Source of the DNA: Clostridia bacterium
GTDB lineage: Bacteria; Bacillota; Clostridia; Christensenellales; DTU072
NCBI GenBank assembly: GCA_024685275.1
Contig: JAIKVY010000189.1
Coordinates: 1-41,099 of the forward strand
DNA length: 41,099 bases
Direction: 5' to 3'
The notes under the pieces were generated by a model, which was not told where the DNA came from, did not search any database, and saw only the letters and a list, made by a program, of their open reading frames with translations. The position numbers were made by a program, and so were the translations under genes. The stretch's first letter is position 1. The number at the start of each line of letters is the position of its first letter. Positions 30,509 through 40,827 of this stretch are shown here, piece by piece.

Positions 30509-31252
30509 TTATTGCATAAAAAATACAAATGTAGCTATACATATTTGAGCAGCATAGTATAAAAGATGATTAATTACGCAAAGTGTATTATCTTTTCCTC
30601 TACCGCCAAAATACATTGTTGTTAAAACTAAATCAGATAATAAGAATAGGATGTAGCCAATTGATAATAATGGAATATTATTCAATTCATTCTTCTTTGC
30701 TACTGCCCATAAAGCGATGCTTATTGCTGTCATGAATAATAAAACGAAAGCATAAATGATAGAGATAATGGTAAATTTACCAAAATTCAATTTCATAAGT
30801 TTTTCGCCTAATATTATCATTAAAAATGCTACTACTGCTGATACAGCTAAACAAATTCCTATCATTGACCAACTAATAACTGCTCCACCAAAGAATAGTA
30901 TTAATGCAACAAAATAAAGAATATGTCCTAAACCAAATGAGATCATTCCACCATATAAATATGCGCCTTCTTCTGGAGTCTTTAAATAAACAACTTTTAA
31001 GTCTAAAACGATATCTCCAATTAAACCAAATATTAATCCAGCGACCATAAATATGGCTGTTCTATTTGTTCCAACGCCAGTTTTCCCACCAGCATAAATT
31101 GCGGTAACAGCGATAGCAATAACTGCACAAGAAGCTGCTGCTTTAATTAAAGTTGTAATAACGCCCCATGTGTTGTTTTTATTAGCTAGCATAACTCTAA
31201 AGCCTAAAAATACAACAACTAATACGGATGCAATAATAATTGAAACAACCAT
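30509..31252 (-). CDS. YhhN/TMEM86 (lysoplasmalogenase-like) membrane protein
   Basis: About 8 TM segments; K in TM2, GLIGDIVL, F.LGH..Y, LF.LSD..L, YYAAQ. Confidence 0.8.
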   Translation of the reverse strand: MVVSIIIASVLVVVFLGFRVMLANKNNTWGVITTLIKAAASCAVIAIAVTAIYAGGKTGVGTNRTAIFMVAGLIFGLIGDIVLDLKVVYLKTPEEGAYLYGGMISFGLGHILYFVALILFFGGAVISWSMIGICLAVSAVVAFLMIILGEKLMKLNFGKFTIISIIYAFVLLFMTAISIALWAVAKKNELNNIPLLSIGYILFLLSDLVLTTMYFGGRGKDNTLCVINHLLYYAAQICIATFVFFMQ

Positions 31253-32895
31253 TATTTATTTTCTCCTTTTTCTTCTAACTCTTCATAGTATCTATAATTT
31301 GTTTTACCAATACCATTTAACTCTAATTTATCTACTTGGATTATCTCCTTTGGAACAGCGTAAGGTAATATACCTGCTCTTATAGCATTTTCTATTTTTT
31401 GTTTTAATCCCATTGTTAAAGTTAGTCCTTCATTAAGTATTACAAGTAATTTAAGGCATGGCTTTTTCCTATTAGTAACAGTTCTAACCGCACAAGCATT
31501 AACTACTTCTGGAACTGAAACAGCGACAGCTTCAACTTCTTGTGGATATATATTTACACCACCTATTATTATCATTCTCTTTACTCTTCCACGATAATAT
31601 AAGTATCCTTCTTCATCAATAATCGCTCTATCACCAGTTTTAATCCAAACATCACCATTTTCATCTGTTATTAAAATATCATTTTCAACTTTACTCTTAT
31701 AATATCCAGACATAACTGAAGGTGTACATATATATAAATCCCCTTCTGTATTTGGTGGAACTTCTTTATTATCAACCATAATTTTTTCTCTTACATTACA
31801 AATAGGTTTTCCAACCGTTCCGCCTGGTTTACATTCCAAATTAATATTTGTAACAGATGATGTTTCGCTTAATCCAAATCCTTCACAAACTATACAATCT
31901 GAACCATTTCTTCTTAATATTTCATTACTCTTTTCAAGTAATGTTTCATCTAATTTATCACCGCCTATAAACATAGCTTGAAGTTTTTTAAGGTGAGCAC
32001 CATTAAAATTAGGAGAATTAATAACTTTTCTTAGCATGTTAGGAACAAGGCAAATCAAAATATGATCCCCTTTAAATTGCCTAATGATTTTTGCTGTTTG
32101 AAATGGATCAAATGCAATTTGTAAATGTGCTGAACCAAAATACATCATAAAATGAACACATACTCCTAATCCAAATCCATGGAATAATGGTAAACTCATT
32201 ATCATTCTGTGATCTGGCATAAAGTTAAGTACTGGATCAACTGAATTATATATATTTTGTGATAATTCATTAAGTGCTCTATTTGATAAAATAACTGTTT
32301 TAGGTTCTCCTGTCGTTCCGCTTGAATGCAAGTATACAGCAGGGTCATCCCCTGTAATATTTCTTGAAGAAACAGGTGTAGATAATATACTATTTGAACC
32401 AAATGTAATTGCTTTAGAATAATTTACAACATTCAATCCATGGAAATTTCTTGGCTCAGTAAACCAAACTAGTCTTAAGAAACCTCTAACATAATGACTA
32501 ATTGAACAACCAATTACCATGATGTTTAATCCTTTAAGAGTTTTTTCATGGTTCTTTATGAACCTATCAAACATAAAGATTATTTTTGTGTCTGATTCCT
32601 TAACTATTCTAACCAATGCTTCTGGCCCAATTTTAGGATGAACAATATTTGCAACCGCACCAACGGTATTTATTGCATATAAAGCAACTATTGCTTCTGG
32701 CATGTTAGGCATGCAAATAATAATACTATCACCTTTTTTTACATCAACTGCTCTTAAATATTTTGCAATTTTCTGAATATCAGAAAAAAACCTTTTTGCG
32801 TGTATAACTCTGTTATAATATGTAAGCTTAACTTGGTTAGGATTAATATTATTTGAGAGTATATAATTAATCATTGATTGATTAGTGTTAGCCAT
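31252..32895 (-). CDS. AMP-dependent (long-chain) acyl-CoA synthetase
   Basis: HSSGTTGEPK, LPLFHGFG, EGFGLSE, KTGD, GRVKRMI..GG.NIYPQEVE, GK; translationally coupled to YhhN gene (TAATG). Confidence 0.9.
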   Translation of the reverse strand: MANTNQSMINYILSNNINPNQVKLTYYNRVIHAKRFFSDIQKIAKYLRAVDVKKGDSIIICMPNMPEAIVALYAINTVGAVANIVHPKIGPEALVRIVKESDTKIIFMFDRFIKNHEKTLKGLNIMVIGCSISHYVRGFLRLVWFTEPRNFHGLNVVNYSKAITFGSNSILSTPVSSRNITGDDPAVYLHSSGTTGEPKTVILSNRALNELSQNIYNSVDPVLNFMPDHRMIMSLPLFHGFGLGVCVHFMMYFGSAHLQIAFDPFQTAKIIRQFKGDHILICLVPNMLRKVINSPNFNGAHLKKLQAMFIGGDKLDETLLEKSNEILRRNGSDCIVCEGFGLSETSSVTNINLECKPGGTVGKPICNVREKIMVDNKEVPPNTEGDLYICTPSVMSGYYKSKVENDILITDENGDVWIKTGDRAIIDEEGYLYYRGRVKRMIIIGGVNIYPQEVEAVAVSVPEVVNACAVRTVTNRKKPCLKLLVILNEGLTLTMGLKQKIENAIRAGILPYAVPKEIIQVDKLELNGIGKTNYRYYEELEEKGENK

Positions 32896-32923
32896 TGAAA
32901 ATTATTTCCTTTTATCTTTTGTA

Positions 32924-34036
32924 TTAGTCTTTGTTATCTTCCGTGTTTTCTATTTTTTCTTCAACTACTTCTTTATTTTCAGTTTCTGCTGTAGAATCCT
33001 CAACTACCTCAGAAGTTGTTTCTGTTTGTTCTTGAATTACTTCATTATAGGCGCCCATACAAACAAATACTTTGCTCATCTTCTTTCCTTTTGATGCAGC
33101 TTTTCTAAAGGCATTTACAATAGCAAATGAAGCGAAGCAACTTAATGTTCCGATTGTTGCACCAAATAAAACGTCTGATAAGAAATGTGCTCTATTAACT
33201 ATTCTTGAAATACCAACTAGAACTGTAAATGCTGCTGCAACAAGAATATATATAATCTTGTGTTTCTTTAACTTTTCAAATAATTCTGGTAAATACAAAA
33301 TTACAAATGATAAAGCAGCTGAACATGTATGTCCACTTGGGAATGACTTGAATGCATCAGATTCTGGAGCGCCAGCACTATCTGGTACATAATAGGTATA
33401 ATAATCTGGATTATTAGCATTCTTATTTTTACCCAAATTAGGCATCCACCAAGGAGTAAATCCAGAAGCATCTTGGTCTCCATTACCAATTGGCATATTT
33501 CTAAATCTTTGTCTTGTCCATATACGTTTTAAAACTTCTGTAACAGCCATGCTAATAGCCAAAGCTAAGAGCATAACTACTGCTAAAATAGCAAGTTTTG
33601 CTAATACTTTCTTATCCATTTTTGAAACTGCAAATAAAGACATTCCTGTTAAACCTAAAGCAAAGATAACAGAATATAATGTTAAGAATCTGTATGGAAG
33701 CATATCTGCTGGGAATCCATATGATGTTCCACTAAATTGTCCCATTGTATAACGACATACTAAGAACCAACCTACAAATGTTGCTATTCCCCAAAATATC
33801 TTTAATACAATTCCAACCTTATTATCAATTGTGCATGCGCCGAATAAGAATGCACATGCTACTGGAATAAAGAAATACCCCCAGAATTCGCCAAAAAATC
33901 TAAAGAATTGTCCGAACACACTGTTAGCATTTCCGATTGCTTTATTTAATTCTAAATCATAAAATGATGCAAGCGTTAAAATTACAGCAAACAATACAAC
34001 CCAAACAATAATACCAATTAGCGTTTGTTTTTTCAT
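32924..34036 (-). CDS. PAP2-family membrane phosphatase
   Basis: C1 K..W.R.R, C2 SFPSGH, C3 SRI...AHFLSDV; multiple TM segments. Confidence 0.9.
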   Translation of the reverse strand: MKKQTLIGIIVWVVLFAVILTLASFYDLELNKAIGNANSVFGQFFRFFGEFWGYFFIPVACAFLFGACTIDNKVGIVLKIFWGIATFVGWFLVCRYTMGQFSGTSYGFPADMLPYRFLTLYSVIFALGLTGMSLFAVSKMDKKVLAKLAILAVVMLLALAISMAVTEVLKRIWTRQRFRNMPIGNGDQDASGFTPWWMPNLGKNKNANNPDYYTYYVPDSAGAPESDAFKSFPSGHTCSAALSFVILYLPELFEKLKKHKIIYILVAAAFTVLVGISRIVNRAHFLSDVLFGATIGTLSCFASFAIVNAFRKAASKGKKMSKVFVCMGAYNEVIQEQTETTSEVVEDSTAETENKEVVEEKIENTEDNKD

Positions 34037-34096
34037 TGTTAAATCCTCCTTTTTCCCTTACCTTATATATATTTAGCTTTAGTAACAATTTTTTTA

Positions 34097-34912
34097 TTAT
34101 TTTTTCATTATGCAATTTTTATAAAACTCATCAAAGCCATCTATTGAAATTTCATCTATCTTTCCTTGATCACATAATTTTGCAACATCTGGAATAATTG
34201 GTAATTCAAACACATTTTTAATATCAAATTCACTAGCAATTTTCTTTATATTGCTATCACCAAAAATATAATGTTTCTCTCCACATTTATCACATACATA
34301 ATATGAAAGATTTTGAATTACACCAAGAACTGGAATATCAAGTTCTTTTGCCATATTAACACCTTTAGCTACAATATCTGATACTAAATCTTGTGGACTG
34401 GTAACAACAACTATTCCTCTTATTGGGAATGATTGGAATATAGTTAAAGGAACATCTCCTGTTCCTGGAGGACAATCTACAAACATTGTATCAACATTCC
34501 CCCATTTAACATCTGTCCAAAATTGTTTTACTGCTCCAGCAATAATAGGACCACGCCAAATAACAGGTGCATGCTCATCTTCTAATAAGATGTTCATACT
34601 CATAATCTTTACGCCATTATTTGTTTCAACAGGATAAATTAATTCACCATCTGAATTTGCTTTATCATATACTCCGAAAATCTTTGGAATTGATGGGCCT
34701 GTGATATCTGCATCTATTATACCAATATCTTTATTTTGTCTTTTTGCACTACAAGCTAAAAGGCCTGTAACTAGAGATTTACCTACTCCACCTTTTCCAC
34801 TAATAATTGCAATAACATCTTTTATATCAGAATACGCATTTTGTTTTGCAATAAAATCTTCTTTTCCACATTTAGTTTCACAGCTATCGCATTTTCCATT
34901 ACAATCAGTCAT
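34097..34912 (-). CDS. Mrp/NBP35 (ApbC) Fe-S cluster carrier ATPase
   Basis: SGKGGVGKS, DADITGPSIP, PVIWRGP, VDCPPGTGD, CDKC; N-terminal Cys cluster. Confidence 0.95.
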   Translation of the reverse strand: MTDCNGKCDSCETKCGKEDFIAKQNAYSDIKDVIAIISGKGGVGKSLVTGLLACSAKRQNKDIGIIDADITGPSIPKIFGVYDKANSDGELIYPVETNNGVKIMSMNILLEDEHAPVIWRGPIIAGAVKQFWTDVKWGNVDTMFVDCPPGTGDVPLTIFQSFPIRGIVVVTSPQDLVSDIVAKGVNMAKELDIPVLGVIQNLSYYVCDKCGEKHYIFGDSNIKKIASEFDIKNVFELPIIPDVAKLCDQGKIDEISIDGFDEFYKNCIMKK

Positions 34913-34930
34913 AAATCCTCCTAATTACGC

Positions 34931-34967
34931 AAAAGGTCGCCATACATTTATATTTATATGGCAACCT
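34931..34967 (-). terminator. Terminator after large surface protein gene
   Basis: Minus strand AGGTTGCCATA...TATGGCGACCT followed by TTT. Confidence 0.75.
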
Positions 34968-34985
34968 AATGATTATTGTTTATTA

Positions 34986-37900
34986 TTATTTCTTTTTGCT
35001 TTTGTATTTGTGAATAACGTTTGTATTAGTATTCTTTTTTTCTTTTGGCTTCTTTGGAGCTTTTGGTTGAGTGTTTTTAGCTTCAGCAGCAGCCGTATCT
35101 GAATACTCATCGTCTTCAACAACTTCTTCTTTTCCAGCTGATGTTTCCTCGATCTTTATATCTTTTTCAGTCTTAACATCATTTTGGAATTCTTGTTTCT
35201 TTGGATGTCTCTTCTTCCAATTTCTAATTACTACAACTATAACAACTATGATAATTACAAGAGCAATTACGAAACTTGAGATATATAACCAGAAATATTG
35301 ATTATTTACTAATCTTGTCCAGAAGCTATCTTCTTGCGTTTCTTCTTCTGGGTCCTTTTCTGGTTCAGTTTCTTCTTCAGTTGCTTTGTATTCGTAATTA
35401 ATCGAAGTAGCTTCTTCATCAATGTTAGCTACAGCTGAGTCGTATCTTTCTTTCGTTATTTCTTCACAAGAAACTAAATCTACTGACATTAAACCAACTA
35501 TTAATTGATTCAAATCTTCATCAACTTTATCTTTATTATCATCATTAATAGTTACTGGATTGTTTCCTAAATAGAAACTCCAAGAAATATTCTTATCACT
35601 TTCAGTAGGATTGTATAAATATACTCTATATGTTACTGCATCATATGCACTTGAACCATATTCTAATGAACTAATTTTTGTTGAAATTGTTTCATCTTTA
35701 TCTGAATCTGGTGTAACTCTAAATTCACCATATGCTTTTTCTGTAGAATATGTATATTGTTTTGTTTCTGTACCATCTTCAGCAGTAGTTGTAGTTGTTG
35801 TAACTCCAGCAATTAAGGTTCTAGCTGTAAATGTAATTACATAATATTTACCCGCAGCAGCCTTTGGACGATATGAAGAAGAAAGAGAATAATATCTACT
35901 ATATCCGCCTTCAGCTTTATTACTTAAAGCTAAAACGTTTTGTCCACCATAATAAATAATATCGCCATCTTCGTTCTTTCTATTAACGCTTAGGAATTCT
36001 TTTAAGAATTCATTCCACTCTTCATCTTCCCAATCTTTAATACCTTTATCATTAAACTTTACATTTTCAAATTTATCAGCAAAGATATCATTATATGAAT
36101 AAGTAACATCAGATGAACCGCTCTTTGTAGAGTATAAGTATTTTAATGCTCCTACCATATTTTCAGAAGAATCAGTTACATTATATACACCATATGTTGA
36201 ATAAGATGTTCCGCTTGATAAACTTGTTTCATAACCAGCTGAATAATTTGAAGGAACATTTCCTAATTCAGTAGCACTGCTTGTTGGAGCTGTGAAAGCA
36301 TCAAACGAATCAACAATATAGTTCATTGTATAAATGTAATAAGGTGTTATTGTGTATAAATATTTATGATAATCAGATGCATATTTAGCATCGCCCTTAT
36401 TATCATTTAATTCTTTAGCATCAATATATTCTTCTTCATCTATTGCAGTAACTCTTGCAGCATCAAAATAAGCTGTTCCACTGCTTAATTCATTTGAATT
36501 ATAGTATGTTGAGTCACTATCACTTCCCTTTAATTTCTTTGCATTTGGATTACCTAATGTAAATTTAATGTACATTGAAGTAGAGAAATTAGAAGTTTTG
36601 ATAAAGAATGAATATTCTACCCATTTACCAGCTGTATCGACATTAACAAATCCTAAATTTGTATCATCAGTTTCAGCAATTAAAGAACCAGATGTTCCAC
36701 CTAAAACTATACTTGCTTTAGTTCCAACTTCAGTTTTTGCCCATACAGAAATCTTATAATATCCATCAGCTTCTAATGAAACTGAACTACTATGTAAACC
36801 ATATGCAACTTTATATGGAGAAGTTATTTTCAAAATTGTTGGATATGCTGAAACATAGTCAACACCTGTTTCTGGATTAGCTCCAAAAATATTATCAGCT
36901 TGGTGATTGCTTACAACAATTGCTCCAGCTTCTGCTTTACTTGCTTTTTCAGCGGTAACTGGTTCAAGTATTACATCAGATTCATTAGAACCAATATAAT
37001 TGCTTGTATATGTTGAAAGTGATGAAATACCATCTGAGCCTACTGCTTTTACAGCAAAACGAGTTTCTTTGCATGCTGTATCTGGTAAATTATATTCATA
37101 TACTTTATCAGTACTATCTGTATCTTGAACCATGATGATATCATATAATTTTTCAACTTCTTTGTTATCATCACCAATATACTTCATCCAAATTTCATAT
37201 TTAACTGGTTTAACTTTAGCTACATCTAATGTTCCTGTGCTTCCAGTAGAACCTTTAAACTTAAATACTTTATTTGCAGAATCTAAAGTAACTTCTGTTG
37301 GAGTATCATATGTATTTTGAATTTCAGAATCATATGTCCAACTATTAATACTTCCAATACCAGTTAATTGGTTATTTTCGTCAAATTCATCTTTTGAAGT
37401 CTTTTCATAATTAATATCTGAATAATGAGAATTAGTGAATAAAATTGAATCACTATCTATTCCATATGTTGCAGCACTTATAGAAACGCCTTTAACGATC
37501 TTGTCTCCTGTGCTTGCAGAAGAATATTCATCATATTCAATTTCCATTAAGTTGAATGCTTTTAAGTATGTTGTTCCTTTTACATATTTAGAAATATCAA
37601 ATCTGTTTCCATCGCCCATATTAACTTTAATTGTCATGTAATAGGTATCAGCGATATCACCTTTGATATAATAAACAACTTCAGCCCATTCACTGTCAGT
37701 TGAATATGCTGTTATAGAACTATCTAAAGCAGTTTCAATATTTGATTTATCTTTTCCACTTAAAAGTGTAATTGAAATACCAAGAGTTGAATCAACATCA
37801 ACTGTCTTAACCATAAATCCAAATCTATAGAATTTATTTGAAGCGATAGTTAATACATTTTCACCTTGATATGATACGCTACTAGCAGTAGCAACCGCAT

Positions 37901-40484
37901 TATTGAATTTTAATGTTGATAATTTAACTTGATTTCCTGAAACAATAATTTCATCAACAGTTTCTTCTAATGTAACTGTAACGTTTGCTGCATCGTTAGT
38001 TGCAGTATCTTCATTTAATTTATTAACCCAACCAGTTTGATCTACATCATGGATATCATCTTCATATAAATCACCGAATTGAACTTGTCCAACTTCATTA
38101 ATAACTGAAATATTTTCAAATTCAACTGCTGGTTTATTATCTTCATTGTATCTCTTTATGCTGATATCATTAAAGAATACACCACCTATCATCTTATTAG
38201 CATAATCATCACCTGTTCCTAAACAGAATTCAAGATTTAATTTTCTTGATGTTAATTGGCTTCCTGCTACATAGAATGTAATTTTTTGCCATGAACTTAA
38301 AGTTGTTGTATTTTTGGTTAAGCCATCATCAACACCAGTTAATTTAACTGTTGCGTATGGAATTGTATTTCCAGCATTAATCCATGAATTATATTTAGCA
38401 TTATATGCTTCTTTATCACTTAAGTATTTAACATTTTCTTCTTCATAATCTTCAACGTCTTTATTAAGTTTTGCTAATTTTGAAATATTTTCTTTTCTTT
38501 GGCTTAAATAAGCATTTTCAACAGCAGTTTTAACAGCATCATCAACTGTATTATCATCTTTGATTGTGTTATATACATAATAATAATAGAAGTATTGAAC
38601 ATCAGCATTTGTTATAGAATCAGCAGTTATTGTTAAATCAAGAGCATTAATAATAAATGCTTTTGTACCATTCATCATATCTGCAAAGTTTGCACCATCA
38701 TTATATTCATATACTCCACAGTTATCGCTGTTAAATGCATTAGCTTTTGTTTTTTCTTCATCTGTTAAATCATTAAAATATGTTGTTGAGAATTTTTCAG
38801 CATTATTTAATTGACTAAGTTTATATACATATTTTTCATATGAAGACCATTTTTTATCATCAGTTCTTGGATCCTTTGGTGCACTTGTTCCAAAGTCTGC
38901 AAAATATGTAAAGTCTCCATTGTATTCTTTAGCCCATACATATGCCCATACTGAGATTTCATAATATGAGTTATCTTCAATAATGATATCTTCTTTTGAT
39001 TTGATTGAATTTGCTTGTAAATCTTTGTTGTAGATCATTAGAGCATATGTAGAATCTAATTCGCTTATCTTATGATTATTTGAATTCATAACTACATCGA
39101 GCCATTCATCATAACTCATCATATTAATGTTATATGAAGAACCACCAATTAAAGATGTATAATTATCAGTAATTGTTGATGTATCTTCAACTTCTTCTCC
39201 AGCAATATCATATAATAAATCTAAATTTACATATCCATAATATCTTGCATTTAAAGAAGATTCACTTGTTGTCATAGAATATTTATCAAGGTTTGAGTTC
39301 TCATAGTCTTCTCTGAAAGAATAGAAATATTTACGGTAACTGTTGGTGGTATAACTTGTTACGTGTTTTCTATTTGATAAATCAGCACCTTCCATGTAAT
39401 AAACACTCTTAGCTTGAGCATATTTATAATTGTTTGAATCTTTTCCTGATGTTAAATTTGCTTTTAATGAAGCAAATCTATCAGCTGAGAAAGCATAATT
39501 ATCTAAATTAGCATCGAATTCTCCAAAGCTAATTCCATTTGCAGTTTTATCAGCATCACTTATTAATTCATCGCCTTTTGCTAAATCAACTTCTTCGCAA
39601 ATAACGTTATCAAATAATGCAACTCCTCTAACTGAATATATATCTTTCTTATCATTCTTATATGTATCAGAAGAAGCAATTCCTGGTCCATATCCAAGCC
39701 ATAATTCAATATCAATCTTTACATCATTAGTTTTGTTTGTTTCGATAAATAAATAATATGTTTTCCATTCACCATTTGTATTGATGTTTGGAACAACATA
39801 TTCAACGTCACCCTTCATAACGAACCAAGCACCGCCGACATTATAACTTTCTGCTGTATAAATTTTTGAACAAACAGAAAATTGGAATAAATATGTTTTA
39901 TCTTTCTTTAAAGTATATTGGCTTTTATTCTTAACAAAATGAGAACCAGCTGTTTCAACATTTGCCAAAACTAAAACATTTGTATCTTCTTTTTGTTTTT
40001 TATATGAATTATCTTCATTTTTAACCTTATTGCCATCTTCATCTAAAACATATTGTTCTGGAGTATGGGCAGTATCTAAACCAGGATAATCAAGAGTAAC
40101 ATAATTTTCTGCTGTCAATGCCTCTCCAGATTCATCTGTCGTGATTGTTAAATACTTTTCTTTAATTAAGTTGTAATCACTTTCATTAGCAATGTTAATG
40201 ACAGCTGACATAACTCCACCAGATCCATTTGCTGATGTAGTTTTGCTTGCACTTGATTGTGTGAAATCTGAAATCTCATCTAAAATGCTTGTGTCCCCAC
40301 TAGTTGAAGTGCTGGTTGTTTTAGCATTATAGAAAGTTCCGTTTGCGATTGTATGAGTATAAGTTGGAGTGCTTTCGCTCTTACTTTCATCCTCATTTTT
40401 CGTGTAGTCTTGACATGCGACTAACATAACCGCTACAAGTAATACCATTATTACTGTAAGTATTGAAAATAACTTTTTCTTCAT
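34986..40484 (-). CDS. Large multi-module surface lipoprotein with ~5 CBM-like beta-sandwich repeats, an FN3-like module and a C-terminal TM anchor
   Basis: Lipobox LVAC; repeated Y.(I/F)S(V/F)..K(T) ... W..(Y/V).(F/Y)(F/Y)I ... LG.G ... G..(Y/F)FD units; C-terminal TM (FWLYISSFVIALVIIIVVIVVVI) and Lys-rich tail. ATG 40484 after AGGTGG. Confidence 0.75.
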   Translation of the reverse strand: MKKKLFSILTVIMVLLVAVMLVACQDYTKNEDESKSESTPTYTHTIANGTFYNAKTTSTSTSGDTSILDEISDFTQSSASKTTSANGSGGVMSAVINIANESDYNLIKEKYLTITTDESGEALTAENYVTLDYPGLDTAHTPEQYVLDEDGNKVKNEDNSYKKQKEDTNVLVLANVETAGSHFVKNKSQYTLKKDKTYLFQFSVCSKIYTAESYNVGGAWFVMKGDVEYVVPNINTNGEWKTYYLFIETNKTNDVKIDIELWLGYGPGIASSDTYKNDKKDIYSVRGVALFDNVICEEVDLAKGDELISDADKTANGISFGEFDANLDNYAFSADRFASLKANLTSGKDSNNYKYAQAKSVYYMEGADLSNRKHVTSYTTNSYRKYFYSFREDYENSNLDKYSMTTSESSLNARYYGYVNLDLLYDIAGEEVEDTSTITDNYTSLIGGSSYNINMMSYDEWLDVVMNSNNHKISELDSTYALMIYNKDLQANSIKSKEDIIIEDNSYYEISVWAYVWAKEYNGDFTYFADFGTSAPKDPRTDDKKWSSYEKYVYKLSQLNNAEKFSTTYFNDLTDEEKTKANAFNSDNCGVYEYNDGANFADMMNGTKAFIINALDLTITADSITNADVQYFYYYYVYNTIKDDNTVDDAVKTAVENAYLSQRKENISKLAKLNKDVEDYEEENVKYLSDKEAYNAKYNSWINAGNTIPYATVKLTGVDDGLTKNTTTLSSWQKITFYVAGSQLTSRKLNLEFCLGTGDDYANKMIGGVFFNDISIKRYNEDNKPAVEFENISVINEVGQVQFGDLYEDDIHDVDQTGWVNKLNEDTATNDAANVTVTLEETVDEIIVSGNQVKLSTLKFNNAVATASSVSYQGENVLTIASNKFYRFGFMVKTVDVDSTLGISITLLSGKDKSNIETALDSSITAYSTDSEWAEVVYYIKGDIADTYYMTIKVNMGDGNRFDISKYVKGTTYLKAFNLMEIEYDEYSSASTGDKIVKGVSISAATYGIDSDSILFTNSHYSDINYEKTSKDEFDENNQLTGIGSINSWTYDSEIQNTYDTPTEVTLDSANKVFKFKGSTGSTGTLDVAKVKPVKYEIWMKYIGDDNKEVEKLYDIIMVQDTDSTDKVYEYNLPDTACKETRFAVKAVGSDGISSLSTYTSNYIGSNESDVILEPVTAEKASKAEAGAIVVSNHQADNIFGANPETGVDYVSAYPTILKITSPYKVAYGLHSSSVSLEADGYYKISVWAKTEVGTKASIVLGGTSGSLIAETDDTNLGFVNVDTAGKWVEYSFFIKTSNFSTSMYIKFTLGNPNAKKLKGSDSDSTYYNSNELSSGTAYFDAARVTAIDEEEYIDAKELNDNKGDAKYASDYHKYLYTITPYYIYTMNYIVDSFDAFTAPTSSATELGNVPSNYSAGYETSLSSGTSYSTYGVYNVTDSSENMVGALKYLYSTKSGSSDVTYSYNDIFADKFENVKFNDKGIKDWEDEEWNEFLKEFLSVNRKNEDGDIIYYGGQNVLALSNKAEGGYSRYYSLSSSYRPKAAAGKYYVITFTARTLIAGVTTTTTTAEDGTETKQYTYSTEKAYGEFRVTPDSDKDETISTKISSLEYGSSAYDAVTYRVYLYNPTESDKNISWSFYLGNNPVTINDDNKDKVDEDLNQLIVGLMSVDLVSCEEITKERYDSAVANIDEEATSINYEYKATEEETEPEKDPEEETQEDSFWTRLVNNQYFWLYISSFVIALVIIIVVIVVVIRNWKKRHPKKQEFQNDVKTEKDIKIEETSAGKEEVVEDDEYSDTAAAEAKNTQPKAPKKPKEKKNTNTNVIHKYKSKKK

Positions 40485-40715
40485 TTTTACCACCTATAAA
40501 CTTCTTTATATTCAGTTTTATTATTATATATAATAATATTATATACAAAAAATACTAAAATATAATATCATAGGAAATAGCAAAAAACAACTTAAAATAC
40601 ATAATTGATAAATTGTGATAGTATATTTCCATTTACAATGCAATCTTGTTATATTTTAATCCTTAATTTAAAGAAATGATTTTTTAAAAAACAGTGATTT
40701 TTGCTGTGTTCTATA

Positions 40716-40790
40716 AAACAGTTTTGGCGTTTTTATAAAAACTGTTTCGTATCACGAGACACTTTTACATTTTTTAAAAAATTGTCTCGT
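40716..40790. repeat. Two adjacent inverted repeats downstream of the last gene
   Basis: AAACAGTTTT/AAAACTGTTT (40716-40747) and ACGAGACA/TGTCTCGT (40754-40790). Confidence 0.6.
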
Positions 40791-40827
40791 TTGTTGGAGC
40801 CATAAAAGATAATTCCTTATTCTATTT

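Noticed and set aside
30424-30528. N-terminal extension of MazG in the ORF track
   Set aside because: Overlaps the upstream gene end; the GAGGA SD supports ATG 30423.
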